64,000 nucleotides of DNA, from positions 1,099 through 65,098 of the forward strand of contig JBAZXO010000003.1 in assembly GCA_041659785.1 (NCBI GenBank). Reading direction: 5' to 3'. How positions within the stretch are numbered: position 1 is the first letter of the stretch; each line of letters starts with the position of its first letter. The translations under genes were made by a program, and so were the position numbers. Below, one piece after another: positions 10,001 through 18,941 of this stretch. The notes below the pieces were generated by a model. The model did no database searches and had not been told where the DNA came from. It saw only the letters and a program-made list of their open reading frames with translations. The DNA is from Minisyncoccota bacterium. GTDB taxonomy: Bacteria; Patescibacteriota; Minisyncoccia; Phycocordibacterales; UBA9973.

Positions 10001-11495
10001 TGTTGTAATAACCTGTTGTATTAGGAGCAAGAGCGCTCTCACCTATTGCAGTGTTGGAAGAACCAGTAGTATTGGCATACAGAGCAACTAAACCGTATGC
10101 AGTATTTGAATTACCTACAGTATTAGAATAAAGAGCATTCTTACCACTTGCAGTATTGGAAGAACCTGAAGTGTTTGAATAAAGAGTGTTCTCACCAATA
10201 GCAGTATTGCTTTCACCTGTGGTGTTAGAATAAAGGGATTGATAACCAACTCCAACATTAAATCTACCAGTGGTGTTAGAAAAACCGCTTTGATAACCAA
10301 GGAAAGTATTTTGATATCCCGCATTCACGTTTCCCGCTTGATAACCAAGAGAAGTTCCTAGAGTTGTATTGTCAAAATTAATAAGATTTGCTACTTGAAT
10401 GGTATTGTTCGGTGTTACTGTACCTAATCCTAATCGATGACTCGTCGCATTATAAAATAAATTTGCATTGTCTTCTAAAATACCGCTCGCTCCTTGAAAA
10501 AAGACTGAACCGAGGGTGAGAGCAGGATTCATTGATCCAGTAACACTTCCAGTGATAGTTCCTGTGACATTCAAATTCCCGGTGAGAGTAGAATTACCTG
10601 TAACACTTAGACCTCCTCCCAAGACAGAGGTACCAGTAACGGTTAATTCTCCAATCTTCGCAGTGTTGGTAGTGAAATGATTTGAAGATAATTCAGTCGC
10701 AGAGAACATGCTTCCACCAGCAAAGTTAATAGCTGGATTGGGTTGAATAATACCAACGTTTCCGTAAGTTACAGGAATAGGAGCATAACCTCCACCCCCA
10801 GAAGATCCGCCCGCACTACCTGCAGGGCCAGCTGGACCTTGGGGCCCCACCGGTCCTGCAGGACCGGCGGGGCCTTGGATAGTGACAATTTTTGTCACAA
10901 CTGTTTGTGAAGGTGTAGCAGCAGACGTAGTAGTAGATAAAGTGGTGGGTGCTGGAGTTGGAGTATTTGCTTGAGTAAGAATAACACTAGTAGGAGCATG
11001 TACGGGCGGTACTACCTTACCCACAGACGTCGAAGTTTTATAACCTAAATTTTTTATACTTCCAGATAAGATTGAAGTGTAATTTTCATAAGTAGTATTT
11101 ACATATGTGGAATAATTATTATAAGTATTTGATATATTTTTAGATAAATCTTGTGATACACCTCTAAATATCTTGGATATATCCCCGACTGATTTCGCAA
11201 CATACTTTTTATAATCATTAAAAAATGAAGAAGTATTGTTTAAAATATTTGAAGCAATAACTTGTGCAGAAAGAGAAACTTTTACGGGTTGACGTTTTAT
11301 GACTGTTAAAGTTTTTTTAACTGGTTCCTTGGCTGGAGTAATAAAATTTTTGTATATGGTATTTAAACCAGAAATACTAAGATTATCAAAAGCAAAAATG
11401 GGAGTGGAGAAAGAAAAAATAAAAGCAAATAAAATAGCAAAAACAGCAAAAAACCTCAAAAAGGCTATTTTTCTATTAGGGAGTTTTTTTGCCAT
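4041..11495 (-). CDS. Giant (2484 aa) secreted fibre/adhesin-like protein with collagen-like stretch, NTAxG repeats, GNVGIGT-linked modules, peptidase S74 (intramolecular chaperone)-like domain and Pro/Thr tail
   Basis: Signal peptide; (GPA)n; many 14-aa NTAxG repeats; more than 10 GNVGIGT-like motifs; SRREFKNTI..L..V..LRPVSY...GFISEEV..V.PE S74-like motif. Confidence 0.8.
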   Translation of the reverse strand: MAKKLPNRKIAFLRFFAVFAILFAFIFSFSTPIFAFDNLSISGLNTIYKNFITPAKEPVKKTLTVIKRQPVKVSLSAQVIASNILNNTSSFFNDYKKYVAKSVGDISKIFRGVSQDLSKNISNTYNNYSTYVNTTYENYTSILSGSIKNLGYKTSTSVGKVVPPVHAPTSVILTQANTPTPAPTTLSTTTSAATPSQTVVTKIVTIQGPAGPAGPVGPQGPAGPAGSAGGSSGGGGYAPIPVTYGNVGIIQPNPAINFAGGSMFSATELSSNHFTTNTAKIGELTVTGTSVLGGGLSVTGNSTLTGNLNVTGTITGSVTGSMNPALTLGSVFFQGASGILEDNANLFYNATSHRLGLGTVTPNNTIQVANLINFDNTTLGTSLGYQAGNVNAGYQNTFLGYQSGFSNTTGRFNVGVGYQSLYSNTTGESNTAIGENTLYSNTSGSSNTASGKNALYSNTVGNSNTAYGLVALYANTTGSSNTAIGESALAPNTTGYYNTASGANSLGANTTGYYNTASGALALSQNDIGYQNTANGYQALFSNTTGIQNTASGSGSLQNSTTATQNTAYGYNSLNTNTTGYQSTATGAGSLQYNTTGGGNVATGADSLKYNTTGSGSTATGTDALVYNTAATSVTAIGRSAAQGLALYTNQGGVYVGFTAGVSAANGSDYNTFVGYQSGYGVTTGARNVFLGNSTLAASRNQVTTGSNNISIGNDVAVASATASNQLNIGNLIYGTALDGTGATISTGNIGIGTKAPGAKLDVSGGSVRTDNQFISTLAIGTAPLVVTSTTLVPNLYVARAVLADSATTNANLTGPITSVGNATSIASQTGTGTKFVVDTSPTIVTPTIASLIGNKIYPSVDSITAIQINKADGTTNVLNVDTTNGRVGIGTTGPSAKLDVVSSSSGTTTEVLRLSNNGTGANTLAKVGFFAASTEYANIIAGYGASSPQMAFDLPSATLGKYIFSINSAEKMRIDTNGNVGIGTTAPVSLLSVGGAGNVNYALSVNSAANGIYVTSGDYGLHALKRILIDDTVNSSAFLGGVNMATTSGNVGIGTVTPGQKLSVNGSSEILDDSSGKYYLGRYGAGTPYGYLVAGQGNSVNGVGLILQGRQVTSGNPVNAIRIETPTSAYDGIGGITIGGNGNVGIGTTGPRGKLEISEATDATLYSAKPVANTISLNAFDSSNSGALHFRTVGYTQQFYTSASNLAVATEKMRLTTTGGLSLGNSYVATDPGAGNMIISGNLGVGVTAPVQKLEVAGNILLSNTSGLYVRNAANTANLRLADIDASNDLNIGPNASIFIGHGAGSGNISLATNTGNVSVSTTLAVTGLGNSSSNFSVAQGTAGVGTVATNGTTTLTGTSTKFINMFKVGDTITVSGETVRTIATISSDTVLTVSVAFSTTASGLSYTLVGGTRMVVLGNGKIGVGTSTPNAAFEVREVPTSPNNGIYTTTSTFTFGSAGSLLRFGHGAATGDTYGVIDNIIGGGVNYGNLVLQQGGGNVGIGTTGPTANLHVVRNSADTLPTAIFENTNAAGFTNVELNRVSTARFALTNYATNGTTDWMTGTAYNGGAGNSAYSIGTGINLSDSKLTVLTTGNVGIGTTNPTLLFQVGERGGMGSDGVFQWGQALTGNSRGVLTWDTDRAIISTPLNLDLQIAGVNRLRIDSTGNVGIGTIAPSGILSVTPTQYSTGTASQSLTTITGVGTVWTSAMVGSQFVFANGTSAGTITAFGSTTSLTVSTSQTVTSQAYNIAYTGLQVGSTGNVGIGTTTPQSLLSILSNSSGASTQINSGNSDIIPALSFQSLATTWSSAANGFGFFYSGSTGNLNITARNSSVDSNALTITRIGGNVGIGQTTPTAKLDILDTTLAGSGSLAGSALNIAQTWNTTGAPVGIKYTITDTASAATALPLQILGGATGTTNLISVNKTGVLTMNSGIIAGGIISTTSYYTSTAAPSSVPNSGLYSNYSASGTTSGSLLGIGSGVTRTNTSGTQAIVQIYAPYNQVASTAANTDLLINRVETAVGSGAQLLIDAQVGSVSKFKVDNTGAVTANYVALTDKVYALGLSNNATGNNSTILSSTTGTIISRNIADANSALTVNQANAGSTGLILDAQFGGVSKATISTLGALRIPYLSPLTGGILSVINETFSGAAGKVPFQLLPTFTNTAGTTSPLVIAPVYNQVTSTAANIDLLINRTETSVGSGVQYLIDAQVGGVSKFSVTNTGVVQQKGCTTAGGLNADASGNIICAPSRREFKNTITDLASGLPSVMALRPVSYIFNGDMNLGNAIHFGFISEEVAAVTPEFATHDAEGKPYGLDTNAILSTTVKAIQEMNLNIEGVSGTLQLSSGQTISPATESFVTAFFNNVYAKVGTWLADATNGIGDVFANVFNAKEKICIDGECLTKDDVRALLLLAHPAGSLPTPTPTPTPTPTPAPVPAPTPTPDPAPVPVVDPVPAPVPTPTPVPVPDPVPTPAPNPVPAPSPTTP

Positions 11496-11622
11496 TTTTA
11501 TATATTTTTTACTTGCCTAAAAATCAAACTAAGGCTTATAAATTATAACAAATAAATCCTTTTTGCAAAAGGGAAAAAGAGAGAAAATATTGTGGATAAC
11601 TAGTACCTCTAATTTCTGAAAT

Positions 11623-13302
11623 TTAGAGTTCTTCTTGAGAAGGAGCGATGACTTTCGCCCGCCAGAACTTGGTTCTGAGGGTTTGTATCAAATCTTTCAA
11701 TTCTTCACTCTTAAGAAGATATAAAACTACGATAGCAGCGATAATACCCAAAATTCCAGAAATAAAACCTTGAAGGAATACACCCCAGAATGTGGTTGTG
11801 CCAAAGACTGGAGAAAGAATATTTAAACTCAAGTAAGCGATAAGTCCTAGGAAAAATGAAGCGCCCAAACTTTGAAAAAAAGTTTTGGTAATAAAAGATT
11901 CATCTGGCATAAAATCTTTCTTTACAAAAATCCAATGCAAAACAAAATTTAAAATAGTCCCAATGGAGTACGCAAGTGGAAGCATTAATACAGATGTACC
12001 AGGAATATCATTTACCTTAAGTAGGGACTCTATAAAAAAGCGGAAAAATAATACATTGTCAAAAAGATGAATAAGTACGTAAGACAAAATTATAATTAAA
12101 AAGGAACAAGAAAAATTAACTAAAAGCGGACGCTTGGTATTCCCTGTCGCATAGTATGAGCGAGAAAGCAAAGTAGTCATACCTTGAGCAAGTATTGAAA
12201 GAGAGAAAATTGCAAGAGCTGCTGCGACGAGACGAGTGTTCTCCCAGGAAAAAGTTCCAGAGCCTAGAATCACACGCACAATTTGTGCACGAACTACAAT
12301 AAAAAGAAATATTACTGGGAGAGACCAGAAGACGATAGCTCGTGAAGCCTGCTTTAAATGTTTTTTAAATTCTTCAGTTTTTCCCCCACTGAAAGATTTT
12401 GCTAGTGTTGGAAAGGCTGCCACCGCATAAGATATACCAATAATGTTAAGCGGTACAGACTGAAGATTGTAAGCAAAATTAAATACTGAGATAGATCCAC
12501 TCTTTAAGAAAGAGGCCATCGCAATAATGAAGATAAGAGCAATATTGTTGAAAGCAAGTCCGAGAGTTCTAGGCAGGGACGTGAGCGCTACATTTTTAAT
12601 ATCTTTAAAATTAACATTGAAGGAAAATCTCGGAGTAAAACCACAATCGTGCGAAGCATAAGCCTGTACTCCAAAATGCATCAATGCTCCCAGAGCTACT
12701 CCAATGGCTAAACCATAAATTCCGAAAATTGGATAGAGGAAAATAACACCAATAATAATTCCAATATTATAAAAAATAGGACTTAGAGAGTAAATAAAGA
12801 ATTTGCGGAAAAGCTGAGTAACTGTACCGAAAAGATTTGATAAACCCATAAGTATTGGCGAAAGCAACATGATACGAGAAAGCACAACCACTTTTGCCTG
12901 ATAGAAAGGAGTGAAACCTGGAGCAATATAATTCGCTAAATATGGCATTAAGAAGAAAGCAATAACAGCTACAGTTATCATCAGAGAAAAGAAAACAGTG
13001 AAAACGTCATTTAAATATTTGCGTGCTTCCTCTGTTACCTTTTCCCCATCCATTTTTGCCACAATAAAAGGAATGAGAACAGTAATGGAGGCAAGAGAAG
13101 CAATGCAAATAAAAATAAGATCCGGCACGCGAAAAGCCGCATAATAAGAGTCGAGTGCCGGAGAAGGTCCGATGAAGTGCGCAAAGGAACGATCACGGAA
13201 AAGAGCCAAGATCTGAGAAAGTAAAGTAAGGATGCCCAAAAGAAGTGCCGCCTGATTTATGCTTCCAGACTCTTTAGTAAAAATTTTCAGAATCTTCTCC
13301 AT
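11623..13302 (-). CDS. murJ: Lipid II flippase MurJ (MviN)
   Basis: SQILALFRDR, DSYYAAFRVPD, multi-TM MOP transporter, RSYYATGNTKRP. Confidence 0.9.
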   Translation of the reverse strand: MEKILKIFTKESGSINQAALLLGILTLLSQILALFRDRSFAHFIGPSPALDSYYAAFRVPDLIFICIASLASITVLIPFIVAKMDGEKVTEEARKYLNDVFTVFFSLMITVAVIAFFLMPYLANYIAPGFTPFYQAKVVVLSRIMLLSPILMGLSNLFGTVTQLFRKFFIYSLSPIFYNIGIIIGVIFLYPIFGIYGLAIGVALGALMHFGVQAYASHDCGFTPRFSFNVNFKDIKNVALTSLPRTLGLAFNNIALIFIIAMASFLKSGSISVFNFAYNLQSVPLNIIGISYAVAAFPTLAKSFSGGKTEEFKKHLKQASRAIVFWSLPVIFLFIVVRAQIVRVILGSGTFSWENTRLVAAALAIFSLSILAQGMTTLLSRSYYATGNTKRPLLVNFSCSFLIIILSYVLIHLFDNVLFFRFFIESLLKVNDIPGTSVLMLPLAYSIGTILNFVLHWIFVKKDFMPDESFITKTFFQSLGASFFLGLIAYLSLNILSPVFGTTTFWGVFLQGFISGILGIIAAIVVLYLLKSEELKDLIQTLRTKFWRAKVIAPSQEEL

Positions 13303-13313
13303 CCTTTATAAGT

Positions 13314-15410
13314 TTATTTCTTCTTAGGAGCTGGAGTAGTAATGACGGGTGCTGGAGCTGAAGTAGAACTACTTAATGAATTAACATATTGTATTAAGTT
13401 CTTGTCTTCGGGTGATAAACTCAATGCCGCCTGTGCATAAGAAAGTGCCATGCTGTTATTGCCTTCGCTCTTTGCTATTTGTGAAAGAGTAACTAGGGCA
13501 TCAAGATAATCTTGTTTAAGAGAAAGAGCGCTATTTGCATAATCTTTTGCTTCTTTAACCTTACCATCCACAAATGAAGCGCCAGCCATAGCAAGCTTTA
13601 AGCCTGGATTTAGTGGATTTAAATTCGAAGCTGCTTGATAAGCGAGCACTGCCTTGGCGTAAGAATCCTTGACTCCAAGTGAACCAACAGCTTGATAAGT
13701 AGAGCCAAGCAATTGGAAATTTAAATAATTTGAGGGATCATATGTAGTTGCTAACTGAGCACTGTTTATAGCCTGATCGAAGCTAGCTTGTAGATCAGCC
13801 TTTTCTGTATCAGATAGAGAAGAGCCCTTTTTAGCTATAGCATTTAACTTAACAAGATAAATTTGTGAATAGGTGCGCAGATATAAATCATTTGAATATA
13901 AAGAAAGCGCTTTGCTAATATAATCTTCAGCGCTCGGAACAGTCGTGGCAGAAAGCGCTTTACCGAAATAAGAGACAGAAACAAAACGCTGTATATATTT
14001 GAATGAAATTGCAGCGGAAAAGATCATCAAAATAATAAGTAAAAGAATGGAGAAGAAACTTTTCCTATGATCGTTCAAGAACGATACGGATATTTCTTTA
14101 CCTGAATTAGAGGAAGCTAAACCAATAAATACTCCAGTAAATGCAAGCGCTAACAGAAAGATCACTGCTCCTGTAAAGTAAAAGAATGAAGCAACAAATA
14201 AATACAGAGACAATACAAAGAATGCCATCATCTCCCAATTTACACCATTTTTTATACTAGAAAATACTGATTTTACTCCAATAAATAAAAACAAAACAAA
14301 AAACACAAGCCAAGCTAAAATACCCAAACCTCCAGTAGTAGCAACTAATGTGGGTAATAATCCAGAACCTGAATCAAAAGAAACATCCCAAAATTGAGTA
14401 TTGTTTATTGACCCTGGTTTAAACATTGACCACGCTTCTCCGAATCTATTTGGTCCGACACCTACTAAAGGATTTTTCATTAAGACTCCTTTGGTGATAG
14501 ACATGGTTGCACTCAAAGAAGGATTTATCTCAGTGTTTGATATTTGTAAACGATTTGGAATGATTCCACCAATGAATTGTCCAGAGATGAAAAACAATAA
14601 AGATATCATTACTACAACAAAAGAAATTACTGGAAAATGTTTTTTCTCACCTACTTCTTGGTTTTCCATATTTTCTCCGTTCTTCTGAAAAGTGATTGAA
14701 GCTTTGTAAACAAATATTATTAGACTAGAAATTCCAAGAAGTATCCAAACTAACTGAAAATTAACAGCAGCGATAAGCAAAACAGAAAGTAGAATTAATA
14801 TCTCTAAAAAAAGTTTTTCTATTTTAGAAATTGGGAAAAATTCAATAACTAAAAGAAACATCAAACCAGCGAAACCAGCGAAAAGACCGAGGGCATTCCA
14901 TGAACCTAATATATTACCTGTTTTCCCTGCTAAAATCCCAAGAGATAAGGCTGTAGGAGCAAACAAATGAATAGTTTGAAAAATTAAGACAAAAGCAGAA
15001 GATAATATGGCTCCAAGTAAAACTATTTTTGCTTGTTTGGTATTTTTAAAGATAACAGAAGACATCAGCATTAAAACAAAACCGGCAAAAATGAAGTAAA
15101 AGGACCCGATATCAAACATTGTTCCGAATAAGGAAACTTGAGAATTCCCAGATAAAAGAGAAGACAAAAGAAAAACCAAAACTATCCCCAATCCAGACAA
15201 GAGGAGTCGTGATTTAGGAAAAACTATTTTACCGTCAGAAAATCTAGCTATTGCCCAAAAGATCACACATGCCGCAAGACCCACGACTAAAAGTAATCCC
15301 TTAGAAGTTTCAATCGGAATGTTGGTAAAAGGCAAACAGAAAAGAGGCAACAACACAACAACTAAAAACAACACCCAAAATGAAAGTCTATCAAATATAT
15401 TTGAAAACAT
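13314..15410 (-). CDS. O-antigen ligase-like polytopic membrane protein with C-terminal TPR repeats
   Basis: About 12 TM helices, NPLVGVGPNRF loop, helical TPR-like C-terminus. Confidence 0.7.
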   Translation of the reverse strand: MFSNIFDRLSFWVLFLVVVLLPLFCLPFTNIPIETSKGLLLVVGLAACVIFWAIARFSDGKIVFPKSRLLLSGLGIVLVFLLSSLLSGNSQVSLFGTMFDIGSFYFIFAGFVLMLMSSVIFKNTKQAKIVLLGAILSSAFVLIFQTIHLFAPTALSLGILAGKTGNILGSWNALGLFAGFAGLMFLLVIEFFPISKIEKLFLEILILLSVLLIAAVNFQLVWILLGISSLIIFVYKASITFQKNGENMENQEVGEKKHFPVISFVVVMISLLFFISGQFIGGIIPNRLQISNTEINPSLSATMSITKGVLMKNPLVGVGPNRFGEAWSMFKPGSINNTQFWDVSFDSGSGLLPTLVATTGGLGILAWLVFFVLFLFIGVKSVFSSIKNGVNWEMMAFFVLSLYLFVASFFYFTGAVIFLLALAFTGVFIGLASSNSGKEISVSFLNDHRKSFFSILLLIILMIFSAAISFKYIQRFVSVSYFGKALSATTVPSAEDYISKALSLYSNDLYLRTYSQIYLVKLNAIAKKGSSLSDTEKADLQASFDQAINSAQLATTYDPSNYLNFQLLGSTYQAVGSLGVKDSYAKAVLAYQAASNLNPLNPGLKLAMAGASFVDGKVKEAKDYANSALSLKQDYLDALVTLSQIAKSEGNNSMALSYAQAALSLSPEDKNLIQYVNSLSSSTSAPAPVITTPAPKKK

Positions 15411-15476
15411 AATATTTTTTTAAAATTAATAAGATAACGACTATGTTAATTATATAGAGTTTAGCACAAAAAACAA

Positions 15477-17867
15477 CTAGACAACTATGTTGATAAGTCT
15501 GTTTTTCACATAGATTACCTTTTTCACCGTCTTGCCCAATATGTGCTTCAAAACAGTCTCGTCTGATAATGCTTCCTTTTTTATTTTCTCTTCATCATCA
15601 TCCGCTCTTATCATGATCTCCGTTCTGAATTTGCCGTTTATTTGCACTACTATTTTTATCTCTTCATCTTCCATTAGACTTTTGTCTTCTTTGGGCCAGC
15701 TAGAAAGGTTGATTGATTTCTTTTCTCCTAACATACTCCACAATTCTTCTGTGACGTGTGGCGCAAATGGTGAAAGAATTTGCAAAAACTTTTTATAATC
15801 TTCGAGTTCAATATTTTCTGTCGTGCCAGAGGACAGGCAGGCCTTTTCCATCTCTGTCGCTAATATCATCATTGAAGAAATTGCGGTGTTGAAATACATA
15901 CCTTCAATGTCTTCTGTGACTTTTTTGATTGTTTTATTTAGTAATTTCGAAAGTTTCGGCACAGAAAAATTTGGGCCGTGTCGGAGCCCGCTTGCGGGTA
16001 AAGCGGACGAATTTTTTTGTGTCGAAACTTTTACACCTATTCTCCAAACTTTTTCAATGAATCTTCTTGAGCCAATGATACTTTCTGTAGACCAAGCGAC
16101 AGATTGACTAAATGGTCCCATAAACATCTCATAGACACGCAGAGTGTCAGCCCCGTATATTTTCACCATTTCGTCAGGATTGATAACATTTCCAAGCGAT
16201 TTTGACATCTTTACACCCCCTTCCCCCAAGATCATTCCATGAGAAGTGCGTTTTTTATACGGTTCAGCTGTAGGAACAAGCTTTAAATCAAATAAGAATT
16301 TATGCCAAAAACGTGAATACAAGAGATGGAGAGTAGTGTGCTCGTTACCTCCATTATACCAATTTACCCCGCCCGTGGCTGGGTCGCTTCCAAGCCAATA
16401 TTTTAAATTCTTTTTATTAGCAAATGTTTTTTTATTTTTTGGATCTGTATAACGAAGATAATACCAGCTAGACCCTGCCCAGTTTGGCATCGTATCTGTT
16501 TCCCTCAAGGCCCTCCCTTTACACTTGGGGCATTTTGTATTGACCCATTTTGTAATATTTGCTAAAGGTGACTCACCACTATCTGTGGGTTCATAATTTT
16601 TAACTTTTGGAAGTTCTACGGGTAAATCACGCTCCGGTACTGGAACAATGCCACACTTCTTACAATGTACGACAGGTATCGGCTCTCCCCAATATCGCTG
16701 ACGAGAAAATACCCAATCACGAAGCTTGAATTTTGTAATTTTTTTTCCAAAATCTTCAAAACCTGCTTTTTGATAATTTTCCACAATAGGCAATTTAAAT
16801 TTTTCTGCGAATTCTTTATCTCGTATATCATCAGCCGGCACGGCCATTATTGCTCCTGTGCCATAGTGTGGAAGGACATAGTCAGCTATCCATATTGAAA
16901 TCTCTTCTTTGTTTGCGGGATTAATTGCTTTAATACCCTTAAGCTCTATCCCCGTCTTTACTTTGTCTGTAGAGGTGCGTTCTATGTCTGTTTTGTTTTT
17001 TACTTCTTTAATATATTTCTCAACTTCACTCCAGTTTTTTATTTTATCTTTTAATTCTTTTACCAACTCATGTTCTGGTGCAAGGACTAAATAAGTCGCC
17101 CCGAAAATGGTATCTGGACGTGTTGTAAACACCCGGACACCAGGTGTCCGGGTGGGGATAACTATTTTAAAATCTATTTCAGCACCTTCGCTTCTTCCTA
17201 TCCAGTTTCTCTGAGCTAATTTTATTTGTGGTAAATAGTCTACAGTATCTAAATCCTTATCGAGCCTGTCAGCATATTTTGTAATAGCGAGCATCCATTG
17301 TTCTTTTTCCCTTTTCTCTACAGGAGTTCCACACCTTTCACAAAGGCCACCGACGACTTCTTCATTTGCAAGCCCCGTCTTATCCTTCGGACACCAATTA
17401 ATCGTCATTTTAGCCTTATAAGCTAAGCCTTTTTTCAAAAACTGAAGAAATATCCACTGAGTCCATTTATAATACTTTGGGTCAGTTGTGTTTATTTCTC
17501 GTGACCAGTCAAAAGAAATGCCCAAAGACTTTATTTGTCTTCGAAAATTATCGGTATTTTTTTTAGTTACCACCCTTGGATCCTTGCCTGTTTTTATGGC
17601 AAAGTTTTCTGTCGGTAAACCAAAGGCATCCCAACCAATTGGGTATAAAACATTAAAACCTTGCAATCTTCTTTTCCTAGAAATAATATCCATGCCTACA
17701 TACGAACGAGGGTGTCCGACATGAAGCCCATCTCCTGATGGGTATGGAAATTCTATCAAGCTAAAATATTTAGGTTTTTTCGAAAAATCCTTGGCTTGGT
17801 ATGTTTTATTCTTATCCCAAACATTTTGCCACTTTTTTTCTATTTTTTTATGGTCGTATTCTTTCAT
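15477..17867 (-). CDS. leuS: Leucine--tRNA ligase
   Basis: FPYPSG.GLHVGH (HIGH), FTTRPDT, SRQRYWG.PIP, KMSKS. Confidence 0.97.
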   Translation of the reverse strand: MKEYDHKKIEKKWQNVWDKNKTYQAKDFSKKPKYFSLIEFPYPSGDGLHVGHPRSYVGMDIISRKRRLQGFNVLYPIGWDAFGLPTENFAIKTGKDPRVVTKKNTDNFRRQIKSLGISFDWSREINTTDPKYYKWTQWIFLQFLKKGLAYKAKMTINWCPKDKTGLANEEVVGGLCERCGTPVEKREKEQWMLAITKYADRLDKDLDTVDYLPQIKLAQRNWIGRSEGAEIDFKIVIPTRTPGVRVFTTRPDTIFGATYLVLAPEHELVKELKDKIKNWSEVEKYIKEVKNKTDIERTSTDKVKTGIELKGIKAINPANKEEISIWIADYVLPHYGTGAIMAVPADDIRDKEFAEKFKLPIVENYQKAGFEDFGKKITKFKLRDWVFSRQRYWGEPIPVVHCKKCGIVPVPERDLPVELPKVKNYEPTDSGESPLANITKWVNTKCPKCKGRALRETDTMPNWAGSSWYYLRYTDPKNKKTFANKKNLKYWLGSDPATGGVNWYNGGNEHTTLHLLYSRFWHKFLFDLKLVPTAEPYKKRTSHGMILGEGGVKMSKSLGNVINPDEMVKIYGADTLRVYEMFMGPFSQSVAWSTESIIGSRRFIEKVWRIGVKVSTQKNSSALPASGLRHGPNFSVPKLSKLLNKTIKKVTEDIEGMYFNTAISSMMILATEMEKACLSSGTTENIELEDYKKFLQILSPFAPHVTEELWSMLGEKKSINLSSWPKEDKSLMEDEEIKIVVQINGKFRTEIMIRADDDEEKIKKEALSDETVLKHILGKTVKKVIYVKNRLINIVV

Positions 17868-17873
17868 TATCTA

Positions 17874-18425
17874 CTAATTATTTTTAAACTTTTTTACCGC
17901 TACCCAGAATAAAAGACTGAGGGCAATCACTAAAATAATTACTTTAATTAAATCATCTGCAGAACTCCAATATCTCATAGAGGCAATAATAAATGATAAA
18001 ACTCCAGCAAAAGAAAGGGCGATGCTAACTACTAGATTTCCACCGAAAAAGCTTCCTATTGCAACACATATAGCACCCAAGATAACTAAGGTGATAAATA
18101 CATTTCTATCATAAATTTTCTGCGCAGCATCATAGTTGTTTCGACAAGTAAATTGTTGATCACAATATCCTAGCGGCTGAGCAGGTTGTTTTATGTCCAC
18201 GGGTGCTGATTTTACATAATTGTTGTTATTCGTCCACTGTCCACCAGCATCCACGCATGACTTTTGTGTATCTGGAATATTGACCACCTGAGAAGTATTA
18301 GAACAAAATGTTTCATATTTGGGATTTTTATAAATTAAAGAAAGAGCATAGTTAAAGAACAAATTAAGCACAATAACGATACCAATAATAAGAGACCATT
18401 TCAAAACTTTTGATTGTGTTTGCAT
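17874..18425 (-). CDS. Hypothetical membrane protein with Cys-containing extracytoplasmic loop
   Basis: One N-terminal and three C-terminal TM segments; start MQTQSK 7 nt after TGaTATAAT. Confidence 0.7.
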   Translation of the reverse strand: MQTQSKVLKWSLIIGIVIVLNLFFNYALSLIYKNPKYETFCSNTSQVVNIPDTQKSCVDAGGQWTNNNNYVKSAPVDIKQPAQPLGYCDQQFTCRNNYDAAQKIYDRNVFITLVILGAICVAIGSFFGGNLVVSIALSFAGVLSFIIASMRYWSSADDLIKVIILVIALSLLFWVAVKKFKNN

Positions 18426-18470
18426 AATATATATTATATCATGAAATAAAGAGGTAATAAATATACTTTT

Positions 18471-18941
18471 ATGCATAAAAAATTTGAAGAATTCTCAAAA
18501 AAATTAACTTATTGGATTGGCTCACCGCAGTCCATCTTACTTCATACCGTCTTTTTTGGAGGTATTTTTATTTTGAGATTTTTTGGAGTTGCATCTTCTG
18601 AAATATTGCTTATTTTGACTACGATTGTATCATTAGAAGCTATCTACCTCTCCATCTTCATTCAAATGACCGTAAATAAACATGCTGAAGAGCTTGAAGA
18701 AGTTTCCGAAGATATCGACGAGATTCAAAAAGACGTCGATGAGATTCAGGAAGATGTGGAAGGTATTGAAAAAGATGTGGATGAGATTCAAAAAGACGTG
18801 GATGAGATTCAGGAAGATGTGGAAGACATTGAAGAAGTAAAACCGAAACTCATTTTTGAAAAAATAGAAAAAAATCTACAAGATTTAATGGTAGAAATAT
18901 CTGAACTTAAAAAGAAAAGTGAAAATAAGTCTAAAGAGTAG
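18471..18941 (+). CDS. DUF1003-like membrane protein with acidic heptad repeats
   Basis: WIGS..SI..H, LTTIVSLEAIYLSIFIQM motif; DEIQ(K/E)DV repeats. Confidence 0.7.
   Translation: MHKKFEEFSKKLTYWIGSPQSILLHTVFFGGIFILRFFGVASSEILLILTTIVSLEAIYLSIFIQMTVNKHAEELEEVSEDIDEIQKDVDEIQEDVEGIEKDVDEIQKDVDEIQEDVEDIEEVKPKLIFEKIEKNLQDLMVEISELKKKSENKSKE

Noticed and set aside
4041-11495. Prophage tail region
   Set aside because: The protein has a signal peptide, is flanked by housekeeping genes and no other phage structural genes are nearby
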